Source: Aeromonas aquatica (GTDB taxonomy: Bacteria > Pseudomonadota > Gammaproteobacteria > Enterobacterales > Aeromonadaceae). Taken from it: a DNA stretch of 24,000 bases. This document shows, in pieces, positions 1 to 8,013 of this stretch (its first letter is position 1; each line of letters opens with the position of its first letter). The notes under the pieces are model-generated. The model saw only the letters and a list, made by a program, of their open reading frames with translations, was not told where the DNA came from and searched no databases. Location: contig NZ_JRGL01000101.1 of the NCBI RefSeq assembly GCF_000764655.1, positions 65,262 to 89,261 on the forward strand, in the 5' to 3' direction. Made by a program: the position numbers and the translations under genes.

Positions 1-534
1 GAAGTCCACATCGCAGTTGAGTGACCAGGCCCCCAGCTGCTCGGCAAAGCGGGCATGTTGCAACGGCAGGTTGGCGGTCAGGGCGCCAAGGCGCAGCTCG
101 GGCCGTAACCGGGCGAAGCGTGCCAGCTCGGGATGATGGAACGAAGAGATGACCCAGTGCGCCGGGGTGAAACCGAGCTCAGACTCGGCGCGCCGGGTCA
201 GGGCCGCCACCGGCTTGGCGGTATGGGCTCCCTTGAGCTCTATGTGCAGCTCGCAGCGCCCCCCGATCAGGGCCATCACCTGCCACAGGGTCGGAATATG
301 TTCCCCTTCGCCCGCATCCAGTCTTGCCAGATAGGCGCGAGATTGCTGGGCGAGCACGCCGTGGCCATCGGTGCAGCGCTCCAGCCGCCGATCGTGGAAT
401 ACCCAGAGCTCGCCGTCTGCTTGCTGCACGTCGAGCTCGATGGCGCTGACCCCGAGTTCGATGGCCAGCGCCATCGCCTTGAGGGTGTTTTCCGGCGCCA
501 GCCCGCTGGCGCCGCGATGGGCAATGATCTGCAT
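1..534 (-). CDS. ugpQ: glycerophosphodiester phosphodiesterase (GDPD family, UgpQ-like), truncated at its 3' end by the window edge
   Basis: Reverse-strand reading from the ATG at 534 gives MQIIAHRGASGLAPENTLKAMALAIELGVSAIELDVQQADGELWVFHD..., with the GDPD HRG, APENT and E-x-D signatures. The frame is open to the window edge. Confidence 0.88.
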   Translation of the reverse strand, partial: MQIIAHRGASGLAPENTLKAMALAIELGVSAIELDVQQADGELWVFHDRRLERCTDGHGVLAQQSRAYLARLDAGEGEHIPTLWQVMALIGGRCELHIELKGAHTAKPVAALTRRAESELGFTPAHWVISSFHHPELARFARLRPELRLGALTANLPLQHARFAEQLGAWSLNCDVDF

Positions 535-561
535 GCTGTGTTCCTCTCTCATCTACCGGGG

Positions 562-798
562 CTAGCCCCGGCTCATTCTGATATCGATCTGCTGGTGCGG
601 CAGATGCATGCCCAGTCGATGCAGCTTCTCCAGGATCAACGAATGGACTTCATGGGTGCACGATGGACATGGGGTGATCCCGCTCATCCGCGGCTCATCC
701 TGATATCGATCTGCTGGTGCGGCAGATGCATGCCCAGTCGATGCAGCTTCTCCAGGATCAACGAGTGGACCTCATGGGTGATCGGCATGCGGTGATCC
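562..798 (-). repeat. tandem duplication of the 3' end of the mechanosensitive channel gene (copy A about 562-680, copy B about 684-798)
   Basis: 569-658 and 691-780 align without gaps at an offset of 122 bp with 3 mismatches seen by eye. Weaker similarity with a ~4-nt indel continues to the shared 'ggtgatcc' at about 673-680 and 791-798. Both copies end in ...HSLILEKLHRLGMHLPHQQIDIRMSRG-stop. Confidence 0.9.
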
Positions 799-3700
799 AT
801 GTTGTTCACGTAGAGGCGGATCTCGTAGATGAGCGCCGAGTCGGTGAACTCGACCAGGAATACCTCGGGAGTCGGGGTATCCAGCACCAGGCTGGACTCC
901 TGCACACACTGCTCCAGCAACTGCTGCACTCGCTTGGGTTCCTGAGTCAGGCCGATGCGGATGCGCAGCTTGACCCGGGTGATGGCATCGGACAGGGACC
1001 AGTTGATGAACTGCTCGGTGATGAAGGCCTTGTTGGGGACGATGATCTCCTTCCTGTCCCAGTCGACTATGGTGGTGGCGCGGGTCTTGATCTTGGTGAC
1101 TGTGCCGGTCAGATCGCGGATGGTGACGGTGTCGCCGAGCCGGATCGGCTTCTCGAACAGGATGATGAGGCCGGAGACGAAGTTCGCGAAGATCTCCTGC
1201 AGGCCGAAGCCGAGGCCCACCGACAGCGCCGCCACCAGCCACTGGGTCTTGGACCAGTCGATGCCGAGCATGGAGAAGCCGGTGAGGGCGCCTATCAGGA
1301 TCACCATATATTTGCTGACGGTGGTCAGGGCGAAGCCGGTACCGGGGGAGAGGCTCAGATGCTGGAGCAGGGTGAGCTCCATCAGCCCCGGCAGGCTGCG
1401 GGCGGTGACCACGGTCAGGATGAAGGCGAAGGCGGTCAGCATCAGATCCTGCAGGGTAATGGCGGAGAGCTGCTCTATGCCGGCCACCTTGCTGCTCACC
1501 TGCCACACCTCGATGCTGCTGAGGAAGCTGAAGGCCGAGTTGAGATCCGACCATTGCACCACCACCAGTATGGTGAAGCCCAGCATCAGCAGGGTGCGCA
1601 CCAGCCCCAGCGACTGGGCGCTGATGGTGTCCAGATCCAGCTCGGGCTCCTCCACCACGTCCGGGATCTCTGAGCTGAGATCGTCCTCGTCCCGTTCCCG
1701 CTGGGCCAGGATCTCGGCCCGCTTGCTCTTGGCGCGATCGAAGGCGAGGCGGCGGCGCTGGATCAGCATCCAGCGATGGGCCAAGTAATAGACAAGCAGG
1801 CAGCCGAGCCCCAGTAGCAGGCTCAGCTCCAGCTGGCGCAGCAGGGTGCGGGAGGTATAGAAGTAGCCGAACAGGGAGCCCAGCACCGCCAGCAGGGGGG
1901 CCAGCATCAGGCTGTTCCAGATGAAGTGGTGCAGCAAATGGGGCTTGGTCATGTCGGCCTGGCCCCAGGTCAGCGGCAGCTTCTCCCGGTTGAGGCGGGC
2001 GAAGAACAGCAGCAGCCAGAGCGCCCCTATGATGAAGGCCAGGCGGCCGAGGGAGTCGTAGAAGGCGTGCTCCTGATAGCTGTTGGCCATGCCCTGCACG
2101 AAGAAGCTCGGGATCAGCACCAGCAGCAGGGTGCGGAACTGGCCCCACACCCGCTGCACCGGTTCTTTCGGCCAGCGAAAATGCAGGATCAGGATCCCCT
2201 TCTCCAGGGTCAGATGGCGGGCGACCAGCAGCGCCAGCAGCAGAAACCAGATCTCGCCGAGGCCACGGGCCACGGCCACCGCGAAGGGGTATTGCCAGGC
2301 GCCGTCCAGCAGGCCGCGCATCATCAGCACCATGGCGGGCAGCGGCAGGGCGGCGAGCAGGGAGCGCACCAGCAGCCGGCTGGTGAGGCTGAACTTGTCC
2401 TGGGTCACCTTGCCGATGCGCGGGGCTATGTAGTGGCTGTACTGCACCAGGTGGCGCCCCAGCTTGGCCCAGCACCAGGCCAGCACCAGCAGGCCGAGCC
2501 CGGCCAGGGTGAGGTTCATGGGGTTGTTTTCCACGATGGCCCTGGGCAGTTGCAACCAGTTGGCGGGATCGATCAGCAGGCTCAGCGCGGTGGGCACCCC
2601 GAGCAGCACGGTCGGGGTGAGCGGGCGCACATCCGGCATCCAGAACAGGTGGCTGGCGCTGATGTCCCGGATCTCGTCGATTTTGCTGTTCTGACGGCTG
2701 TAGAGCAGCTTGAGCCGGGTCTGCTCCTGGATCAGGGTGTCGGAGGCGTCGTTGAGCCGGGTCAGCAGTTGCCGTCTGGCCTTGAGCAGGTTGTCGAGCA
2801 CCGCCTGCTGGGCCCTGTCCAGGGTGATGTCATCACCGCTGAGCAGGCTGTTGCGGATCTGGTCGGGATCCTTGAGGGCATCCTGCTCTGTCTCGTACTG
2901 GTACTTCGCCATGCGCGCCTTGACGATGGCGGACTCCAGCTTCTCCAGCGGGAAGTAGTTGGGCAGATCGGCCAGCTTGCTGCGCAGGTTCTCACCGTAG
3001 GCGTTGCTGATCTGCAGCCATTCCAGCTGCTCGCGCACCGAGTTGACCAGATCGTTGAGTCCTGACAGGGAGGTGTCGATGTCCCGCTGTTCGTCCTGCA
3101 CCCGTTCGATCTGCTCCTCCAGGGCGCCGAGTTGCAGGGAGAGCGCCTGATTCTGCTGTTGCTGCTCCTGCAGCAGAGGCAGATCCGAGGTGAGCTGCCG
3201 GCGCAGCCGCTCGCTTTCCGCCAGCGCCTGCTCCGTCTTCTCCCGCCGCAGCAGGTTCTGTTGCGTCAGCAGGCTGTTCTGCCACTCGTCCTCATCGGTG
3301 ATGGCGAGGTTGAGCTCCTGCAGCTTCAGCTTGCCGAGATCGTTGCGCTGCTGGGCGGAGAGCTGCTCCAGCTCCAGCATCTGGATCCGGTCAGACAGGC
3401 TCTGCTCCTTGAGGCGGGTGGCCAGTTGATGGGCCTCCTGCAGGCGATCCGACTCGTTGCTGAAACTCAGGCGATCGAGCTGGGCGCGGGTCTGCAGCAG
3501 CTGCTTGCGCAGCTCGTCGACCCGCAGGTGATACTCCTGGCCCGTGCTCTCCAGCTGGTTGAGACCATCCATCACCGCCTGGCGCTCCTTGCGCAGGTTG
3601 ATCTGGCGGTTGCTGCTCAGGCTGATGGCCTGGCGCAGTGCCTCCTCCTTGAGGGAGGAGAGGGGCGGGCGGGACTGGGGCTGATAGTTGTGCAGGCTCT

Positions 3701-3956
3701 CCTTGAGGCGGGCCGACTCCTTGGGGTAGTCGATGAGGATCTGCTGGTAGACCTTGCCCTGCTCCCGGTAGCGCTGGGCATCCCGGGCGTATTGCAGCGC
3801 CTGCTGGTAGCTCTCCCGCAGTTGCTGGTTCTCCGGAATATCGGTTTTGGGCACGCTCTGCAGCAGCTCTTCAACTTGAGTGATGGCGTCATTGGCCTGA
3901 GCGAGAGAGGGGAAGAGGCTGACGAAGATCAGCAGACAGAGCAGGCGTTGCAACAT
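684..3956 (-). CDS. mscM: MscS-superfamily large mechanosensitive channel (MscM/YjeP- or MscK-like), 1090 aa
   Basis: Signal peptide, long periplasmic coiled-coil region, multiple TM segments, then the MscS core LSVGLGFGLQEIFANFVSGLIILFEKPIRLGDTVTI...GTVTKIKTRATTIVDWDRKEIIVPNKAFI. Choice between MscM and MscK naming is tentative. Confidence 0.93.
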   Translation of the reverse strand: MLQRLLCLLIFVSLFPSLAQANDAITQVEELLQSVPKTDIPENQQLRESYQQALQYARDAQRYREQGKVYQQILIDYPKESARLKESLHNYQPQSRPPLSSLKEEALRQAISLSSNRQINLRKERQAVMDGLNQLESTGQEYHLRVDELRKQLLQTRAQLDRLSFSNESDRLQEAHQLATRLKEQSLSDRIQMLELEQLSAQQRNDLGKLKLQELNLAITDEDEWQNSLLTQQNLLRREKTEQALAESERLRRQLTSDLPLLQEQQQQNQALSLQLGALEEQIERVQDEQRDIDTSLSGLNDLVNSVREQLEWLQISNAYGENLRSKLADLPNYFPLEKLESAIVKARMAKYQYETEQDALKDPDQIRNSLLSGDDITLDRAQQAVLDNLLKARRQLLTRLNDASDTLIQEQTRLKLLYSRQNSKIDEIRDISASHLFWMPDVRPLTPTVLLGVPTALSLLIDPANWLQLPRAIVENNPMNLTLAGLGLLVLAWCWAKLGRHLVQYSHYIAPRIGKVTQDKFSLTSRLLVRSLLAALPLPAMVLMMRGLLDGAWQYPFAVAVARGLGEIWFLLLALLVARHLTLEKGILILHFRWPKEPVQRVWGQFRTLLLVLIPSFFVQGMANSYQEHAFYDSLGRLAFIIGALWLLLFFARLNREKLPLTWGQADMTKPHLLHHFIWNSLMLAPLLAVLGSLFGYFYTSRTLLRQLELSLLLGLGCLLVYYLAHRWMLIQRRRLAFDRAKSKRAEILAQRERDEDDLSSEIPDVVEEPELDLDTISAQSLGLVRTLLMLGFTILVVVQWSDLNSAFSFLSSIEVWQVSSKVAGIEQLSAITLQDLMLTAFAFILTVVTARSLPGLMELTLLQHLSLSPGTGFALTTVSKYMVILIGALTGFSMLGIDWSKTQWLVAALSVGLGFGLQEIFANFVSGLIILFEKPIRLGDTVTIRDLTGTVTKIKTRATTIVDWDRKEIIVPNKAFITEQFINWSLSDAITRVKLRIRIGLTQEPKRVQQLLEQCVQESSLVLDTPTPEVFLVEFTDSALIYEIRLYVNNMDHRMPITHEVHSLILEKLHRLGMHLPHQQIDIRMSRG

Positions 3957-4111
3957 GGCGCACGTTTCCGTTCATGAAAAGTCGCCTTAGCCTAAAGCAG
4001 GGGCCAGGGCGGGTAAAGCCTTCCAGGTTAATGATTCACAACATAAATGACGGGTGATCAGGGCCTTGTTTGGCTATTATCCCGCTCGTTTCTCCTGTTG
4101 CAGAGTATCTT

Positions 4112-5449
4112 ATGTCCTCCCTCGATTTGGGCACTGCGCCCCTCTCTCGCCTCTTCCTGCGTTATGTCACCCCGACGGTGGCGGCCATGCTGGTCACCGG
4201 GGTCTATGTGACCATAGACGGTATCTTCGTCGGCCATATCCTGGGTCAGGATGGCCTGGCCGGCATGATGCTGGCCTACCCCATCTGCGCCGTGCTCTAT
4301 GCGGTGGGAGCGCTGATCGGCATGGGCTCCTCGTCGCTGGCCTCCTTCTACCTCGGCAAGGGGGAGCAGGGGAAGGCGCGTCACATCGTCGGCAACGCGC
4401 TGGTGATGGTGCTCATCGCCTCGGCCGTACTCGCTTTTATCGGCATTAATTACGGCGATTCAATGCTGGCCTGGATGGGGGCCGAGGGGGAGATCTTCGA
4501 CGCCGGCCTGGCCTACTTGCAGTGGTACGCCTGGCTCGGGATCTTCGCCGTGCTCTCCATGGCGTTCACCGCCCTGCTGCGCAACGATGGACGACCCGGC
4601 CTCACCACCTGGATCCTGGTGGGCGGCGGCGTGCTCAACGTGCTGCTCGATTACCTGCTGATGGTGGTGATCCCCTGGGGGCTGGCGGGGGCGGCGATTG
4701 CCACCATGCTCTCCCAGGCGGTGACCGGCGGGCTCTGTCTGTGGCACTTCTTCACCCCCCGCAGCCAGTTGCGCATCCGCTGGGACACCCTGGTGCCGGA
4801 CTGGCGGCTGATGGGGGAGACGCTGCGACTCGGGGTGTCGAGCTTCCTGATGTACCTCTACCTGTCGGTGGTGCTGGCGCTGCACAACAAGGCGCTGCTG
4901 TCGGTGGGGACCTCGCTGCACGTGGCCGCCTACGGGGTGATCAGCTACAGCGAGGCCTTCTTCTACCTCATCTTCGAGGGGATCGCCATGGGTATCCAGC
5001 CCATCGCCAGCTTCAACGCCGGGGCGGGCAACTGGCAGCGGGTGCTGCGGGTACGCAATCTGGCGTTAGGAGTGACTATGGTGGTGGCACTGTGCGGCAT
5101 GATCCCGCTCTATCTGTGGCCAGAAGCAGTGGTTTATCTGTTTGCAGGGGACAACGCGGCCCTGCTGCCGGTGGCGACTCTCGGCATCTGGCTCTACTTC
5201 TGGGGCCTGCCGATGGAGGGCCTGCTGCTGGTGGGGGCGACCTACTTCCAGGCCATCAACCGGGCTCGTATCGCCTCTTTGCTCACCGGCGGCAAGCTGG
5301 TACTGATCGGCGGCTTCCTGTGGGGTTTCTCTTCCCTGTGGGGGGTGGCCGGGGTCTGGCTGGCGCTGCCGACCTGCAGCACTGTGCTGGTATTGGTGAT
5401 GTGGCGGGCCATGCGCAAGGAGGTGGGGCTGCATGCCGGCGCGAGCTGA
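4112..5449 (+). CDS. MATE family efflux transporter
   Basis: MSSLDLGTAPLSRLFLRYVTPTVAAMLVTGVYVTIDGIFVGHILGQDGLAGMMLAYP..., typical MATE N-terminus and hydrophobicity. The ORF is open from ATG 4070, but ATG 4112 gives the more usual N-terminus. Confidence 0.9.
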   Translation: MSSLDLGTAPLSRLFLRYVTPTVAAMLVTGVYVTIDGIFVGHILGQDGLAGMMLAYPICAVLYAVGALIGMGSSSLASFYLGKGEQGKARHIVGNALVMVLIASAVLAFIGINYGDSMLAWMGAEGEIFDAGLAYLQWYAWLGIFAVLSMAFTALLRNDGRPGLTTWILVGGGVLNVLLDYLLMVVIPWGLAGAAIATMLSQAVTGGLCLWHFFTPRSQLRIRWDTLVPDWRLMGETLRLGVSSFLMYLYLSVVLALHNKALLSVGTSLHVAAYGVISYSEAFFYLIFEGIAMGIQPIASFNAGAGNWQRVLRVRNLALGVTMVVALCGMIPLYLWPEAVVYLFAGDNAALLPVATLGIWLYFWGLPMEGLLLVGATYFQAINRARIASLLTGGKLVLIGGFLWGFSSLWGVAGVWLALPTCSTVLVLVMWRAMRKEVGLHAGAS

Positions 5450-5484
5450 ATATGATTGCCACCGGACCCTGGGTGACGGATGTG

Positions 5485-5522
5485 AAAAAAGAAGAGGCAG
5501 CCCAGGCTGCCTCTTCTTTTTT
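5485..5522. terminator. bidirectional rho-independent terminator between convergent MATE and M23 genes
   Basis: aaaaaagaagaggcagcc-ca-ggctgcctcttcttttttt: perfect long stem with A-tract and T-tract on both sides. Confidence 0.9.
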
Positions 5523-5537
5523 ATGACGTGAGCCAGC

Positions 5538-6365
5538 TCAGGGCTTGAAGGCCCCGATAAAGATGGCGGGGTCGACGCGGGCATCGTTGAGACTGACGTT
5601 CCAGTGCATGTGGGGGCCGGTGGCACGGCCGGTGGCGCCGACCCGGCCGACGATGCCGCCCCTTGGCAGGCTCTGACCCAGTTTCACGTCGACCTTCGAC
5701 ATGTGGCAGAACATGCTGATCAGCCCCTGACCGTGATCGACGAACACCGTATTGCCATTGAAGAAGTAGTTGCCGATCAGGATCACCTTGCCTGCGGCCG
5801 GCGCCTTGATGGGGGTGCCGGCACCGACCGCGAAGTCGAGACCCGAGTGGGGGTTGCGTTCCTCGCCATTGAAGAAGCGGCGCAAGCCGAAGGGGCTGGA
5901 GAGCGGGCCGTTGACCGGTTTGTCGAACAGCAGGTTGCTGGGCTGGGTGGGGCTGAAGGTCTGATAGGCCTGGGTCTGTTCCGCCAGCTCGCGGTTGATG
6001 CGTGTCATGTCTTCGGCCAGCGGGTTGACCTGGCGGCCGTTCTTCAACTTGATGTGTTGCTCGCGGTAGTGCTTCTCCCCGACCTGGAAGCTGAGGCGGC
6101 GGCCATCGTCCAACACCAGCTGATAGGGGCCAGCCGCACTCTTGAGCGGGATGCCGACGATGGCTATCCAGCGACGACCCTCCTCACGCACGACCAGCAC
6201 CGGCTTGTCTTGATAACGTGCGCTGGGCGCCTCTGGCCCGTCCCCCAGTGCTACCACGGCGACGCCACCCGGGACGGGGTGATTGAGCAGCCGACTGATG
6301 AAACCGGGCTCGGCATAGAGATGAGTGCTACCCAGCAGCAGGACGAGAAAGAACAGTCGACGCAT
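5538..6365 (-). CDS. M23 family (LytM-like) metallopeptidase, exported
   Basis: MRRLFFLVLLLGSTHLYAEPG... signal peptide; catalytic-type motifs NPHSGLDF (HxxxD) and GPHMHW (HxH); GTPIKAPAAGKV repeat typical of M23. The track ORF extends to 6602, but the signal peptide supports the start at 6365. Confidence 0.9.
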   Translation of the reverse strand: MRRLFFLVLLLGSTHLYAEPGFISRLLNHPVPGGVAVVALGDGPEAPSARYQDKPVLVVREEGRRWIAIVGIPLKSAAGPYQLVLDDGRRLSFQVGEKHYREQHIKLKNGRQVNPLAEDMTRINRELAEQTQAYQTFSPTQPSNLLFDKPVNGPLSSPFGLRRFFNGEERNPHSGLDFAVGAGTPIKAPAAGKVILIGNYFFNGNTVFVDHGQGLISMFCHMSKVDVKLGQSLPRGGIVGRVGATGRATGPHMHWNVSLNDARVDPAIFIGAFKP

Positions 6366-6623
6366 TACGACTCCATCGAATAACAAGGGGATGAGATAAA
6401 GGGGAAAATGATGCCACATTCCTGCCGGGCTGTCCGTCACCTTGGACAAGGACGCCGGCCAAAGATGTTGTCCGGCACTGAGCAAGCTTAACAACTCTGT
6501 GCTATTTACTAATGTGTCACTAAATGTTGGTTGTTGAATGAAACCCATTGTGACAGAAGGGATATAAGCGCTGGCAGGGAAAATGGCGGTCGCTGGCGGC
6601 ACCCAGGGTAAATGGAGGTTGTG

Positions 6624-7166
6624 ATGAAGACGAACGCTCTCTTAATGCTCGCACTCGCCATGGGCGGGCTGGTATCGGTCCCCGTTGCCGCCTTCAACGG
6701 CACCATTACCATCAATGGGGAAGTGACTGCCGGCACCTGTGCCATCGCCGTCAATGGCGGCACCGCATCGGCCACCGTGACCCTGCCCACCGTCAGCACC
6801 AATGCGTTGACCAGCATAGGCCAGACCGCGGGGGCAACGGGTTTCAATCTGGCGCTGACCGGCTGCCCAGTAACGGGATCGGTGCGGGCCTACTTCGAGA
6901 ATGTCGGGGTGGCCCAGGCCACGGGCAACCTGACCAACAAGGCCGTGGCCGCGGGTGGCAAAAATCCGGCCCAGAATGTGGAGGTACAGATCCTCTCGGC
7001 CAACAGCAGTCCCATCGACCTTCGCACCAACACCAACAACTCCCTGGTCAATTTCAGCGGCACCGGGACGGCCACCCTCTACTACAGCGCCCAGTATGTC
7101 GCCACGGGAGCCGTCGGTGCCGGTCTGGTCTCGGCGGATCTTATCTATTCGCTGGATTATCACTGA
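6624..7166 (+). CDS. fimbrial major subunit-like protein (type 1/P-like pilin)
   Basis: MKTNALLMLALAMGGLVSVPVAAFNGTITINGEVTAGTCAI...LTGCPVTG...; signal peptide, two-cysteine pilin layout, 'ADLIYSLDYH' C-terminal strand; GGAGGT ribosome site just upstream; first gene before a chaperone and usher. Confidence 0.85.
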   Translation: MKTNALLMLALAMGGLVSVPVAAFNGTITINGEVTAGTCAIAVNGGTASATVTLPTVSTNALTSIGQTAGATGFNLALTGCPVTGSVRAYFENVGVAQATGNLTNKAVAAGGKNPAQNVEVQILSANSSPIDLRTNTNNSLVNFSGTGTATLYYSAQYVATGAVGAGLVSADLIYSLDYH

Positions 7167-7176
7167 GAGCCGTCCC

Positions 7177-7938
7177 ATGAGGCGGCTCGGTAGTTGGAAA
7201 GGAAAGGGAATTGTGTTGGGTCGTCTGCTCTGGTGCTTGGCTCTCTTGTTTCCGTGGCAGGCCTGGAGTTATGTCCAGATTTCCGGCACCAGGGTTATCT
7301 ATCCTGCCAGTGCCAGAGAAGTCACGCTGGAGCTGATCAACAAGGGCAATACGCCCTCGCTGGTACAGGTGTGGATCGATTCCGGTGATCGCCGTATCCG
7401 CCCGGGCGCCGAAGCGGTTCCCTTCCTTATCACTCCCCCCATCACCCGCATCGAGGCTCAGCGTGGGCAGTCGCTGCGCCTCGCCTATGTGGGGCAGGGG
7501 CTGCCCCAGGATCGCGAGTCGGTATTCTGGCTGAATGTGCTGGAGGTACCGCCGAGCGCCAAGTCCACCCAAGCGGGCCAGAATCTGGTTCAGCTTGCCT
7601 TTCGCTCCAGGATCAAGCTGTTTTACCGACCCGAAGGGTTGGCAGGCGACATGGAGCACTCCGCCCATCACCTGAGCTGGAGTCTCGTCAGGCAAGGGAA
7701 CGGCTATGCGCTGCGAGCCAGCAACCCGAGCCTCTACCACGTCAGCATCAGCAATCTGGAACTGCAAACAGCCCAGACGACGCGCTACAACAACCTCAGC
7801 GGTGGCATGGTGGCACCGGGGAGCAGCTTCGATTTCCCGGTCGATCGTCTCTCTGGCACCGTGCATGCCAAGGCGGTGACCTTCTATTGGCTCAATGACT
7901 ATGGCGCCCGCGAGGTGGGCCAATTCGTCTTCAACTGA
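7177..7938 (+). CDS. periplasmic fimbrial chaperone (PapD/FimC-like)
   Basis: ...YVQISGTRVIYPASAREVTLELINKGNTPSLVQVWID...PFLITPPITRIEAQRGQSLRLAYVGQGLPQDRESVFWLNVLEVPP...IKLFYRP is the classical chaperone signature. A GTG start at 7213 with a purine-rich ribosome site is an alternative. Confidence 0.93.
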   Translation: MRRLGSWKGKGIVLGRLLWCLALLFPWQAWSYVQISGTRVIYPASAREVTLELINKGNTPSLVQVWIDSGDRRIRPGAEAVPFLITPPITRIEAQRGQSLRLAYVGQGLPQDRESVFWLNVLEVPPSAKSTQAGQNLVQLAFRSRIKLFYRPEGLAGDMEHSAHHLSWSLVRQGNGYALRASNPSLYHVSISNLELQTAQTTRYNNLSGGMVAPGSSFDFPVDRLSGTVHAKAVTFYWLNDYGAREVGQFVFN

Positions 7939-8013
7939 ACCCTTGGTGTGGGAGCCGGATGGCCAGGCCGCCTCTCCCTGCACCTCTGCTGGCTCTGAGA
8001 GGGGAGGTATGCC

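Noticed and set aside
772-2475. Long overlapping ORFs in and antisense to mscM (e.g. 772..2475 and 3132..3977)
   Set aside because: The 684..3956 frame has clear family motifs. The others are Ala/Arg/Pro- or Gln/Leu-rich shadow translations expected in GC-rich genes, with no recognisable domain.
4522-5526. 334-aa ORF overlapping the MATE gene in another frame
   Set aside because: Arg/Ala-rich composition, runs into the terminator; the MATE frame explains the region.
6366-6611. Searched the M23 / fimbrial intergenic region for an invertible element with inverted repeats (phase variation)
   Set aside because: No flanking inverted repeats or recombinase gene seen by eye.
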